From: Parvularculaceae bacterium
GTDB lineage: Bacteria; Pseudomonadota; Alphaproteobacteria; Caulobacterales; Parvularculaceae
Reading direction: 5' to 3'
NCBI GenBank assembly: GCA_041753055.1
Contig: JBGSVH010000021.1
Span: forward strand, 42 to 64,041
DNA: 64,000 nt
This document shows, one piece after another, positions 8,901 to 17,546 of this stretch; the stretch's first letter is position 1; every line of letters begins with the position of its first letter. A model generated the notes under the pieces. It made no database searches, had not been told where the DNA came from, and saw only the letters and a program-made list of their open reading frames with translations. The position numbers were made by a program, and so were the translations under genes.

Positions 8901-9285
8901 GGGGCAGTCTTTCATTCTCGAACTCGATCAGCGCCCGGCAGTGACCGAGCGCCTTGTAGTACGAACCATTGGCGACAGCGGCGGAAATCTTGAGGCAGAG
9001 CGCCAGTCCCGCCGGATCGGAAAGGACGCCGGCGATTTCAGTCAGCCGCCGCTCGAACTCGCCAAAGGCGTGCTTGCGGGATCCAGGATCAAGCGCCATC
9101 AGCATGACTGGCAAGTAGACGCGGCGGGCGGGCGTTGTCGCGTCTTCCGAGAGCATAATGTCGCGCTCGCGCAAGACGCTGGCGCGATTTTCGACGACAA
9201 ATTCGGTCCGCCGGTCGCCATTGACGATGACGGCCCCATTAATCGCGACCCTTTCGCCCGGCTTCAACGTCAGCTTCAGTCCCAT
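8890..9285 (-). CDS. flbT: Flagellin translational regulator FlbT
   Basis: MGLKLTLKPGERVAINGAVIVNGDRR, VLRERDIM, ATTPARRVY, YYKALGHCRALIEFE. Confidence 0.95.
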   Translation of the reverse strand: MGLKLTLKPGERVAINGAVIVNGDRRTEFVVENRASVLRERDIMLSEDATTPARRVYLPVMLMALDPGSRKHAFGEFERRLTEIAGVLSDPAGLALCLKISAAVANGSYYKALGHCRALIEFENERLPHVA

Positions 9286-9396
9286 CGGAAAACTCCACCT
9301 GACGCAACTAAACGCGGCTTTGGTTAATAAAGCGCTTTTGCCGCCTTGACGAATGTCGGCGCGCGCGCCTTGATGGCCAAAAAAAGGAAAACAGCC

Positions 9397-10341
9397 ATGC
9401 TAGGAAATTACGATCGCGTCCCGGAACTCAGCCTCCAGTCGTTTACTGCAGGCGGCAACAATGAGCGGCGCGACTTCATTGACGCCCTGATGGAGGGATT
9501 CCAGCATTTCGGATTCATCATTCTGAAAGATCATGGGGTCAGCCGTGACTTGCTGGGCCGCGCATACGACCTGTCAAAAGAGTTCTTCGATCGCCCGCTT
9601 GAAGAAAAATTGCGTTACGGCGCAGACCCGGACGGCCAACGCGGTTACACGCCATTCGGCCGCGAGCACGCCAAGGATGCGAAAGTCGCAGACCTTAAAG
9701 AGTTCTTTCACATCGGCCGTGAATTTGCATACGCTTCGCCGCTCGGAAATATCTACCCGCAAAACAGATGGCCGGATAACCCTGCGCGGTTTCGCGAGAC
9801 GTTTTTGCACCTTTATGCTGCGCTTGAAGAGGCTGGCTTTGCCATGCTGGAGGCGCTGGCGCCGTCGCTTGGCGTCGCTGGCGATTATTTCCGCAAGATG
9901 GCGACCAACGGCAATTCAATTCTCCGCCTTCTCCACTACCCGCCGGTGCCGGAAGACGCCGACCCGCAAGCATTGCGCGCCGCCGCACATGAAGATATCA
10001 ATCTCATCACCATTTTGGTCGCCGCCAAGGGTTCCGGGCTTGAACTCCTCGACCGCAATGGCGAGTGGCTTGCCGTCGAAACCGAGCCGGACAATCTCAT
10101 CGTCGACGCCGGCGATATGCTGGCGCGTGTCACCAATGACGTGATCCCCGCAACGACGCACCGGGTCGTCAACCCGAGCGGGCCAAATGTCTCGCGATAT
10201 TCGATGCCGTTTTTCATGCACCCATTCGCCGACGCCCTGCTCGACTGCATTCCAAGCTGTATCGGCGCCGGCGCGAAATATCCGCCGATCACCGCGGACG
10301 CTTTTTTGAAGCAGCGGCTAAAGGAAATCGGACTTACGTAA
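9397..10341 (+). CDS. 2-oxoglutarate/Fe(II)-dependent oxygenase, isopenicillin N synthase-like family
   Basis: LRLLHYPP, HED (HxD), distal His in TTHRVVNP, RYS (RxS); ATG 9397 behind AGGA. Confidence 0.92.
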   Translation: MLGNYDRVPELSLQSFTAGGNNERRDFIDALMEGFQHFGFIILKDHGVSRDLLGRAYDLSKEFFDRPLEEKLRYGADPDGQRGYTPFGREHAKDAKVADLKEFFHIGREFAYASPLGNIYPQNRWPDNPARFRETFLHLYAALEEAGFAMLEALAPSLGVAGDYFRKMATNGNSILRLLHYPPVPEDADPQALRAAAHEDINLITILVAAKGSGLELLDRNGEWLAVETEPDNLIVDAGDMLARVTNDVIPATTHRVVNPSGPNVSRYSMPFFMHPFADALLDCIPSCIGAGAKYPPITADAFLKQRLKEIGLT

Positions 10342-10421
10342 ATTGGCATGACACGCTGCCGCCTTATGGAAGCGGCGGGCGGCGCTTCCCTTCCCGCCAA
10401 AGCGGCGCCAGTGTACGTCGC

Positions 10422-10952
10422 ATGAATGGATCTCATTTTACCTACGCGATCAAACCAGCGACCGTCGCCGATATAGAATCAATGCGCGCACTGGAACGGC
10501 GCGCCGCGCAGCAGTTCAGGACCATTGGCTTTGAGTTTTGCGCAGACGGGCCGGTCCGGGATATAACTGAACACGGGCGAATTCTCGATTGCGGAATAAC
10601 GCTCGCCGCGTTCGCTGCGGATGGCGGTCTCGCCGGATTTGCGATGTTTGAGCCTCTGGATGGAGAGGTCCACCTCGTTGAAATCGATGTCGATCCTGTA
10701 CACCAACGCCTGGGGCTTGCCCGCCGCTTGATCGCGGGCGGTATCGACTGGTCACGGCTAAAAGGCTTTGACGGCATGACGCTGACGACTTATCGCGATG
10801 TCCCATGGAATGCGCCTTACTATCGGCGGCTCGGCTTTGAGGAGTTTAAGCCAGGCCCCGACCGGAAGGGCCTGCTCCGGACAATCAACCAAGAAGCGGC
10901 CTGGGGCTTTGATTTCCGTCCCCGGATCGCCATGCGAAAGCGGCTTTTATGA
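10422..10952 (+). CDS. GNAT family N-acetyltransferase
   Basis: VHLVEIDVDPVHQRLGLARRLI (motif A), LTTYRDVPWNAPYYRRLGF. Confidence 0.9.
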   Translation: MNGSHFTYAIKPATVADIESMRALERRAAQQFRTIGFEFCADGPVRDITEHGRILDCGITLAAFAADGGLAGFAMFEPLDGEVHLVEIDVDPVHQRLGLARRLIAGGIDWSRLKGFDGMTLTTYRDVPWNAPYYRRLGFEEFKPGPDRKGLLRTINQEAAWGFDFRPRIAMRKRLL

Positions 10953-12565
10953 CGAATGCGACGCCTGACATCCTGATCATCGGCGCTGGCCATAACGGTC
11001 TTGTCTGCGCTTCCTATCTCGCTGCGGCCGGGATCACCGTCCGCATGCTTGAGCGGCGCGATATTGTCGGAGGCGCGGCAGTGACCGAGGAGTTCCACCC
11101 CGGCTATCGGAACTCGACCGCTAGTTACACGGTCAGCCTTCTCAATCCCAAGGTAATCGCCGACCTTGATCTTTACGGCAACGGCCTAAAAGTCGTCGAG
11201 CGCGACATATCGAATTTCTGGCCGACCGGGATCAAAGAGGGCGAGTATCTGAAACTCACCTTTGAACCGGAACGCAACAAGCAGGAATTCGCGCGTCTGT
11301 CGCAGAAAGACGCCGAGGCGCTGCCCCGGTATTATGAGGCGATCGACACCGGCGCCGACGTGATCCGCGACATGGTGCTGCAAACCCCGCCCAATCTCGG
11401 CGGCGGCCTTCCGGATTTGTGGCGGGCGCTGACGACAGGCGGGCGCATTGCGCGGTTAAAACAAAAAGACCAGACGCTGATCCTCGATCTGTTCACCAAG
11501 TCAGCCGCCGAATTCCTCCAGGGATATTTCGAACACCCAACCATCATCGGCGCATTCGCGTTTGACGGAATCGTTGGCGCTTACGCTTCGCCCTACGCCG
11601 CCGGAACAGCCTACGTGCTGCTTCATCATGCCTTTGGCGAGGTAAACGGCAAGAAGGGCCGCTGGGGTCACGCTATCGGAGGAATGGGCGCGATCACCGG
11701 GGCGATGCGCCGGGTCGCCGAAGCGCGCGGCGTTGAAATCACGACTGGCGCGGCTGTCTCCGAAGTGATTGTCGAAGGGAGCAGAGCTGTCGGCGTCAAA
11801 CTCGAAAATGGCGAGATTATCCGCGCGCGCGCGGTAGTCGGAAACGTCAATCCGAAACTGTTGCTGACAAAGCTTGTCGGCGCGAAAGATATCGATGCAA
11901 CAGCGCGTCAGCGGATGGAAAACTACGTTTGCGGGTCCGGCACGTTCAGAATGAATGTCGCCCTTTCCGAACTGCCGCAATTTTCAGCGCTGCCTTACGA
12001 CGGCGTCGGAGAGCATCATCGATCGGGCATCGTCATTGGTCCGACGGTCGATTATCTCGACCGGGCGTGGCTCGACGCGCGTCAGTATGGCTGGTCGCGT
12101 GAGCCAATTGTTGAGATGTTGATACCATCGACCATGGACGACAGCCTCGCGCCCGCCGGCAAACACGTCGCCAGCCTTTTCTGCCAGCAATTTGCGCCGG
12201 AATTTTCAGACGGGCGAAACTGGAACGACTGCCGAGATCAGGCAGCAGAAACGATTATCGACGCCGTCACCAAATATGCGCCAAATTTCCGCGCGAGCAT
12301 TATCGCCAGGCAAATGCATTCGCCGCTCGATCTTGAACGCAAGTTTGGGCTGGTCGCCGGCGATATCATGCACGGGCGGCTGTCGCTCGATCAGATGTTT
12401 TCAACGCGCCCTCAACCGGGCTTTGCCGATTACAGAATGCCAGTTAAGGGCCTCTATCTCTGCGGATCGGGCGCGCATCCGGGCGGCGGCGTCACGGGCG
12501 CACCGGGGCACAATGCTGCGCGGGCAATCATCGCTGACTTCCGCGGACGGAAAATACCGGCTTAG
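10949..12565 (+). CDS. FAD-dependent oxidoreductase, phytoene desaturase-like (PYROXD2-type) family
   Basis: IIGAGHNGLV Rossmann motif, VGGAAVTEEF, GGMGAIT, LYLCGSGAHPGGGVTGAPGHNAA; ATGA overlap with the GNAT gene. Confidence 0.88.
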   Translation: MTNATPDILIIGAGHNGLVCASYLAAAGITVRMLERRDIVGGAAVTEEFHPGYRNSTASYTVSLLNPKVIADLDLYGNGLKVVERDISNFWPTGIKEGEYLKLTFEPERNKQEFARLSQKDAEALPRYYEAIDTGADVIRDMVLQTPPNLGGGLPDLWRALTTGGRIARLKQKDQTLILDLFTKSAAEFLQGYFEHPTIIGAFAFDGIVGAYASPYAAGTAYVLLHHAFGEVNGKKGRWGHAIGGMGAITGAMRRVAEARGVEITTGAAVSEVIVEGSRAVGVKLENGEIIRARAVVGNVNPKLLLTKLVGAKDIDATARQRMENYVCGSGTFRMNVALSELPQFSALPYDGVGEHHRSGIVIGPTVDYLDRAWLDARQYGWSREPIVEMLIPSTMDDSLAPAGKHVASLFCQQFAPEFSDGRNWNDCRDQAAETIIDAVTKYAPNFRASIIARQMHSPLDLERKFGLVAGDIMHGRLSLDQMFSTRPQPGFADYRMPVKGLYLCGSGAHPGGGVTGAPGHNAARAIIADFRGRKIPA

Positions 12566-12577
12566 CCTGACACTGGG

Positions 12578-13432
12578 TCAGAACCAGTAGGATTTGGACA
12601 ATCGCTGAATGAACAGCGGCATTGACGATGCCCGCATATTGACGGTCCATAAAAGGCTGTCGTCGAGCGTCGCTTTGGCCGACTGTTCTTCAATCGCATA
12701 CCCATCAGCTTCAATTCGCACCCAAAGCGTCGCCTCCGTTGAGCGGGCCGGAACGCCCGCGCGGATTACCAGGGAGTCGCCACGAACAATGAGATCGCCG
12801 CCAGCTGTCTTGAACAGATTATATGTTTCGTCTGTGTCTGCGTTGTGCAGACGCCCGCGAACGGCGCCGCGACGGATCATCGAGTCGAGATCTGACGGCA
12901 CGCCGCCAGGAAAGACGATGTGTAGTTCGACGACATAACGCGCCGCTTGTCTGTCCTGCACCTGGACAATCTGCGCCGGTTCAGCTTGAAGCGATGCAAG
13001 CACGATCCCGTCGGCGCGCGCAGCTTCCCGATTCATTGCGACCGGCTGGAGGTCAGGCAATACGGCTCCGGTCGACTGGAGTCCGGCAGCGAGATCAGCG
13101 GGCACCGCCGTCATCAGCACCGCGAGGAGACCGAAGCCCTGCGCGAAGGCGCCCTGTCTGGTGATCGGCTGAAAATAGAAGATGGACAGTCCGCCCACAG
13201 CAATAAGAGCGACGACGACGCCCCATAGGGGAACATTGCCAAATCCTAGCACTTCGCCGAGCGCAGCCGCCCATTGATTGATTGTGTAGAGCGACGACGC
13301 TTCGCCTTGTTGCCGATAATCGGTCACGAGCGCGGCTACGATGCCGGCCGCGCCGGCGAGCGAAAGGCCCGCGATGTCCATTAACCCGTATTCGCCAGGC
13401 GTTTTGATGCCCCGTTTTGCCCCGTAAGCCAT
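12578..13432 (-). CDS. Hypothetical membrane protein (about 3 N-terminal TM helices plus a soluble C-terminal domain)
   Basis: Long ORF with AGGGG SD; hydrophobic segments in the N-terminal third; no family recognised. Confidence 0.7.
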   Translation of the reverse strand: MAYGAKRGIKTPGEYGLMDIAGLSLAGAAGIVAALVTDYRQQGEASSLYTINQWAAALGEVLGFGNVPLWGVVVALIAVGGLSIFYFQPITRQGAFAQGFGLLAVLMTAVPADLAAGLQSTGAVLPDLQPVAMNREAARADGIVLASLQAEPAQIVQVQDRQAARYVVELHIVFPGGVPSDLDSMIRRGAVRGRLHNADTDETYNLFKTAGGDLIVRGDSLVIRAGVPARSTEATLWVRIEADGYAIEEQSAKATLDDSLLWTVNMRASSMPLFIQRLSKSYWF

Positions 13433-13529
13433 ATTGATCCCCTACCGTCAACTATCCCCAGCCGCCCATCTTAACCTTTAAGGGCGCAAGGGCAAAGCGC
13501 CGATTCGGTCCCAGGGAAAGTCGGTCGGA

Positions 13530-14255
13530 TTACCCGCGCGGCGGCCGGCCAAGGCCAAAATCAATACCGAACAGGTGCTCAAGACTGGTCCGCGGCAGGC
13601 CGTCCTTCACATAGTCGTAGGGTGTGACGTTGACGGCCTTCAACAGGGCGCGCTCAATCTGGAGCCCCGCCCCGTCCTCGCGCGCCGTGATGTCGAGGTC
13701 GATGACGTTGATACAGGCAAGGTCCTGCTCAAATGCGCCAATGGTCTTGAGGCCCCCACCGCAGGCCCAGCCGAGAATAATCCGGTTCACCCCCTCATGG
13801 GCAACGATGAGGCCCGTCCGCCAATCCTCCTCGCCGATCAGCCGCCCCATCGCTTCGGTGATACGGCGCTCGGCGTCGCCAAAGCTCTCGCCCTCGGGGA
13901 GAAAACACGCGTCCGGCTCGTGTGCATCATCGAAGCTGAAGGCGAGGCGGGCGGCCAGTTCCTCTCGGCTTTCAGCGACGATCCAGCCGCTTTTCAGCTC
14001 TTCAAGTCCCGCCTCCTGACGGGGTTCGATCTCCCGGCCGGCGAGCACGATAGCCGCCGTCTCGATTGTCCGCGGCAGACCGCTGTGAACAGCAAGGTCA
14101 AATTCGACCGACCGTAACGCCTCGCGGGCCGCGGCCACCTGGGCCCGCCCCTCGTCGGTCAGCAGGACGGTTCGCGGATCGGTGATGCCTGGCGCAAAAT
14201 AGTCGACATGGCCGTGCCGCATCAGAAAAAGCCGCCGGCGACCGGTCCCTCGCAT
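13530..14255 (-). CDS. Histidine phosphatase (phosphoglycerate mutase-like) family protein
   Basis: LFLMRHG catalytic motif, SGLPRTIETA, GES, VAHEGVNR; GGGAG SD before ATG 14255. Confidence 0.9.
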   Translation of the reverse strand: MRGTGRRRLFLMRHGHVDYFAPGITDPRTVLLTDEGRAQVAAAREALRSVEFDLAVHSGLPRTIETAAIVLAGREIEPRQEAGLEELKSGWIVAESREELAARLAFSFDDAHEPDACFLPEGESFGDAERRITEAMGRLIGEEDWRTGLIVAHEGVNRIILGWACGGGLKTIGAFEQDLACINVIDLDITAREDGAGLQIERALLKAVNVTPYDYVKDGLPRTSLEHLFGIDFGLGRPPRG

Positions 14256-14411
14256 GAACAGCTCCCGCAAAAGCGGCCCGCTTACCGGGTTTTTGCTGTG
14301 ATCGCCAGCAATTCCCGGCTTTTTGGCGCTACCGCCTCGCCTTGACGCGCGCTTGGTGATAATCTCACACCAATTGGGGTTGTAGGTGCGGCTAGGGGGT
14401 CGTCAACGGAC

Positions 14412-16169
14412 ATGAAAATGCGTCCGCCGCCGATGTTTGCGTGCGCGTTTCTGGCGCTCGCCGCGATCTATGGCGCTGGCTTTTATTTTACCGTCTGGAC
14501 CGATCCGGACGCCGCCGAGAGCCGTTTTGACGCACTTCGTGGCGGCGGTTATCCCGGTGCGGCGGAAGGCTATGGCGAGCGCGTCATCGCGCTTCGCCGC
14601 AAGGACGGCGTCTCCGACGAAGATCTCGCGTCCTTCAAGGCGCAAGTGGCGTCCAGCGCTTTTGACGCGCGCAAATACGATCGCAGCGCCGCTCTTTTCG
14701 AAGAAGCGCTCGGGTCCAAATGGGCCGACGGCCTTAGCGGCGTTGACCGCGCCCTGATCGAAGACAAGCTTGCGCGCTCACAGATCATCAAACGCAATAT
14801 TGCGCGCGCCGTTTCGATCTATACCGAATTCCTGGATCTGTCGGGGGATTCTACCTCGCGGATGGAAGCCGGCGATGACAAGTCGATTGAGAATGTCTAT
14901 GCGAATCTCATCTCGGCGTCCGGCACACTATTCACCGAAGCGCTGAAGCCAACCGGCAATCCGGAATATTTTTCCGGCGCGCGCGAAGCAAAACTTTCCG
15001 CTGCGAGCGACATGACGAAAATCGGTGCGTTTTTCGCGCTGAGGGATGATGGCCTTTACGCCTCTGCGGGACTGCTTTCGTCTGCACTTGCCATTCGCAA
15101 GGACATCCTTGGCGCCGATCACCCGGACACGGTCCAGATCGCGTTGGTGCTTGGCCCCGTTTATGAACGCATGGGCCGTCTTGAAGATGCAGAGAAACTC
15201 TATCTCGACGCCTTTCACGCCCAGGAAAAAGCCAAAGGCGCCAACAGCCCGGAACTCAGCCTATACATCAAGCTCCTCGCCGGCGTTTACGAGGCGCAAG
15301 GGCGGGCAACCGAAGCGCAGGCGCTGAACGAGCATATGCGCGCGCTATTCCGCGACGCATTCGGCGCGCAGCGTTACGCGGCAAACCGCGTGCGCGACCG
15401 CAAGCTCGATACCGACCGGCCAGTGTCTCAACAATTCCCGTTGACGGCGTCCTACGCGCCAACAGATCTTGTGCGGGCGGTGTCCTATTCGATCCCACTA
15501 TCCAAAAACGCCGATGTCGAGGAAATGAGCATCAGGCTCGCCGCCGATTCCGAGGAGGAAGCGCGCGAGTCGAATATGCCGGTGCGTCTCGCACAGCTGA
15601 TGTCGCTGTGCCGGGCGGAGTCCGGCGAGCGGATTTCATTGCGTTCGGGGTATCGGGCCTATTCAACGCAAAAAGACCTCTATGCCCGAATCGGCAGTCT
15701 TGGCACGGTGACCCCGCCCGGCATTTCGGAACACCAGTTAGGGCTTGCCGCGGATATTGATGTTGGCGGGCGGCTGATGCGTCAAAGCGATCGCACCTAC
15801 CAGTGCTTTGAAGAAAACGCGTTTCGTTTCGGTTTCATTCTCTCCTACCCTCCGGGCAATAATTATCTGCCCGGCAAAGACACTTATGAGCCCTGGCACT
15901 GGCGCTATGTCGGCATCCGGACGGCGCAACTCTACCGCGAGGCGGGTCCCGCAAACCGGCCGCAGGAATTCCTTGCCGCGCTTCCCTGCTATCAGCAGCG
16001 GGCGGTTTCCTCAGGGCTGTCGCCGGCCGGCGAACCAGATGTATGCCTTGAAGAGCCAAAAATCGTCGCAGCGAGCGCCGCCCAGCCATTCAACGCGAAG
16101 GTCGGCGACCGCGCCGAAACCCCTTCGGCCCGTAAATTGAATAACCTGTCGCAGAGCGGCCAGCGCTAG
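14412..16169 (+). CDS. Membrane-anchored TPR protein fused to an M15B (VanY-like) D,D-carboxypeptidase domain
   Basis: N-terminal TM; TPRs of kinesin-light-chain type (LAIRKDILGADHPDT); SGYR, SEHQLGLAAD, YEPWHWRYVG zinc-peptidase motifs. Confidence 0.85.
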   Translation: MKMRPPPMFACAFLALAAIYGAGFYFTVWTDPDAAESRFDALRGGGYPGAAEGYGERVIALRRKDGVSDEDLASFKAQVASSAFDARKYDRSAALFEEALGSKWADGLSGVDRALIEDKLARSQIIKRNIARAVSIYTEFLDLSGDSTSRMEAGDDKSIENVYANLISASGTLFTEALKPTGNPEYFSGAREAKLSAASDMTKIGAFFALRDDGLYASAGLLSSALAIRKDILGADHPDTVQIALVLGPVYERMGRLEDAEKLYLDAFHAQEKAKGANSPELSLYIKLLAGVYEAQGRATEAQALNEHMRALFRDAFGAQRYAANRVRDRKLDTDRPVSQQFPLTASYAPTDLVRAVSYSIPLSKNADVEEMSIRLAADSEEEARESNMPVRLAQLMSLCRAESGERISLRSGYRAYSTQKDLYARIGSLGTVTPPGISEHQLGLAADIDVGGRLMRQSDRTYQCFEENAFRFGFILSYPPGNNYLPGKDTYEPWHWRYVGIRTAQLYREAGPANRPQEFLAALPCYQQRAVSSGLSPAGEPDVCLEEPKIVAASAAQPFNAKVGDRAETPSARKLNNLSQSGQR

Positions 16170-16211
16170 CCTTAATGTTCCCAATTCGGCCGCGTCCAAA
16201 GACCGGTCTGA

Positions 16212-17546
16212 ATGATTAACCTTGATGTCGCACGGCCCAAGGCGAGTGTCGCATGGTTCTCGCCCTCAGCTGCGGGGCCGAGCGCCCGTATCGTTTCCGC
16301 CGCAGAACCCGCCGGCTTTGAAATCTTCGACGCGTCGTTGACGGAGTCAAAGGGCGATCGCTCGGACATCGCGGTGCTCGACCTGCGGGGCGCCGAACAG
16401 TCAAAGCCGATTGTGACCGGCTTGTTGGCGCGCGCGCGCGCACTCGGACCCTTGTGCGGCGTCATCATCCTTGCGTCCGGTGAGACTGACAGCGCCTGGC
16501 GCAGCTGGCTGCGCCGCCACGCCGACGTCTGCTATGTCCGCAAGGACGCAACGCCCGTTGTCGCCGCCATTCGCGAGCGGTTGCGGCTCGCGGGTCTCGT
16601 CGATGAAATGGGCGAGCGCATCAAGAGCCTCATTGCGGACGGACGAACCTGTTCGTTCACAGGCCTTGGCGACGAAAAGACGGGTCTTTCGGTGCTGATC
16701 GCCGGCAGGCCCTCGCCCACGACCCTGAGCGCATGCAACGCGGTCCGGCAGACCGCCTCGCAAACAACATGTGTCTTTACCGCCGGTCAGGTCATGCGCG
16801 CCCTCGATCATTGCCAGTTTGACAGCGCGATCTTCCTTCCCGAAGATGAAAACGATCTCTTGCTCGCGCTCGCCCGAGCCTTGCGGCGCCATCGCGATCA
16901 CCGGCGACTGCCAGTCATTCTTGCCGCCCAGAATGAAGATCTTCTCGACCGGTGTGCGGCGCGCGATGGCTTCGATTCGATTCTGGCCGGCCACCTCGAC
17001 GGCGACCTCGCGAGCCGTATCGACCTTTGTGCCCGGCGCGCTCGCATGGCCTCGTCAATCCGCCTGTTTCTTCGATCGCCCGCCGGTTGCGCGGGCGGCA
17101 GTGATGGCGTTGCCGGCGCGCGGTTTTTTGCCCATCACGCGATCAGGGTCTTTCGTCGTGCAGACGAAATGCGGCAACCTGTGTCTTTGGTCGGCCTTTC
17201 TCTTACCCCACGCCAAGAAGGCGCGCCCGCCGAAGCCATCTCCGGCGCACTCAATGATGCGCTTCGAACCACTGCGCGGCTGGTTCGTGCAGAGGACATG
17301 ATCGCCAAACTGACGCCGACAACGCTTGTCCTGTTATTGCGCAATGTCCGCGCCCGCGATTCCCTGCGCATCGCTGAGCGGCTCGAAGGCGTCATTACCG
17401 GCACGCTGGTTCGCTCGACCCTCGATATCGCTCAAATTTCTGCGGCCGCCATCGAACGCGATCCGGGCGAATCCATTGAAACAGCGATAGCCGCACTGGT
17501 TCGTCAGCTGCGCGTCCACCAAAATGCCGGCCGCGCCGCCCGTTAA
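16212..17546 (+). CDS. PleD/PopA-like protein: degenerate receiver-like domains plus degenerate GGDEF domain with intact I-site
   Basis: C-terminal RAED-MIAKL-TPTTL aligns with RxxD-x5-GGDEF; 444 aa; receiver-like segments VLIAG, SAIFL, LPVILAA. Confidence 0.7.
   Translation: MINLDVARPKASVAWFSPSAAGPSARIVSAAEPAGFEIFDASLTESKGDRSDIAVLDLRGAEQSKPIVTGLLARARALGPLCGVIILASGETDSAWRSWLRRHADVCYVRKDATPVVAAIRERLRLAGLVDEMGERIKSLIADGRTCSFTGLGDEKTGLSVLIAGRPSPTTLSACNAVRQTASQTTCVFTAGQVMRALDHCQFDSAIFLPEDENDLLLALARALRRHRDHRRLPVILAAQNEDLLDRCAARDGFDSILAGHLDGDLASRIDLCARRARMASSIRLFLRSPAGCAGGSDGVAGARFFAHHAIRVFRRADEMRQPVSLVGLSLTPRQEGAPAEAISGALNDALRTTARLVRAEDMIAKLTPTTLVLLLRNVRARDSLRIAERLEGVITGTLVRSTLDIAQISAAAIERDPGESIETAIAALVRQLRVHQNAGRAAR

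Noticed and set aside
9310-9345. CtrA box upstream of flbT (also TTAA-rich sites near 8404-8417, 13471 and 55118)
   Set aside because: Only half-sites or wrong spacing; not strong enough to call.
9397-12565. The oxygenase/GNAT/oxidoreductase genes as a flagellin-modification island
   Set aside because: No glycosyltransferase, FlmG/Maf-like or nucleotide-sugar genes are present. Adjacency to flbT alone is not evidence.
14342-14363. TTGACG...GATAAT as a sigma70 promoter for the TPR-VanY gene
   Set aside because: The spacing is about 10 bp rather than 16-18 bp.
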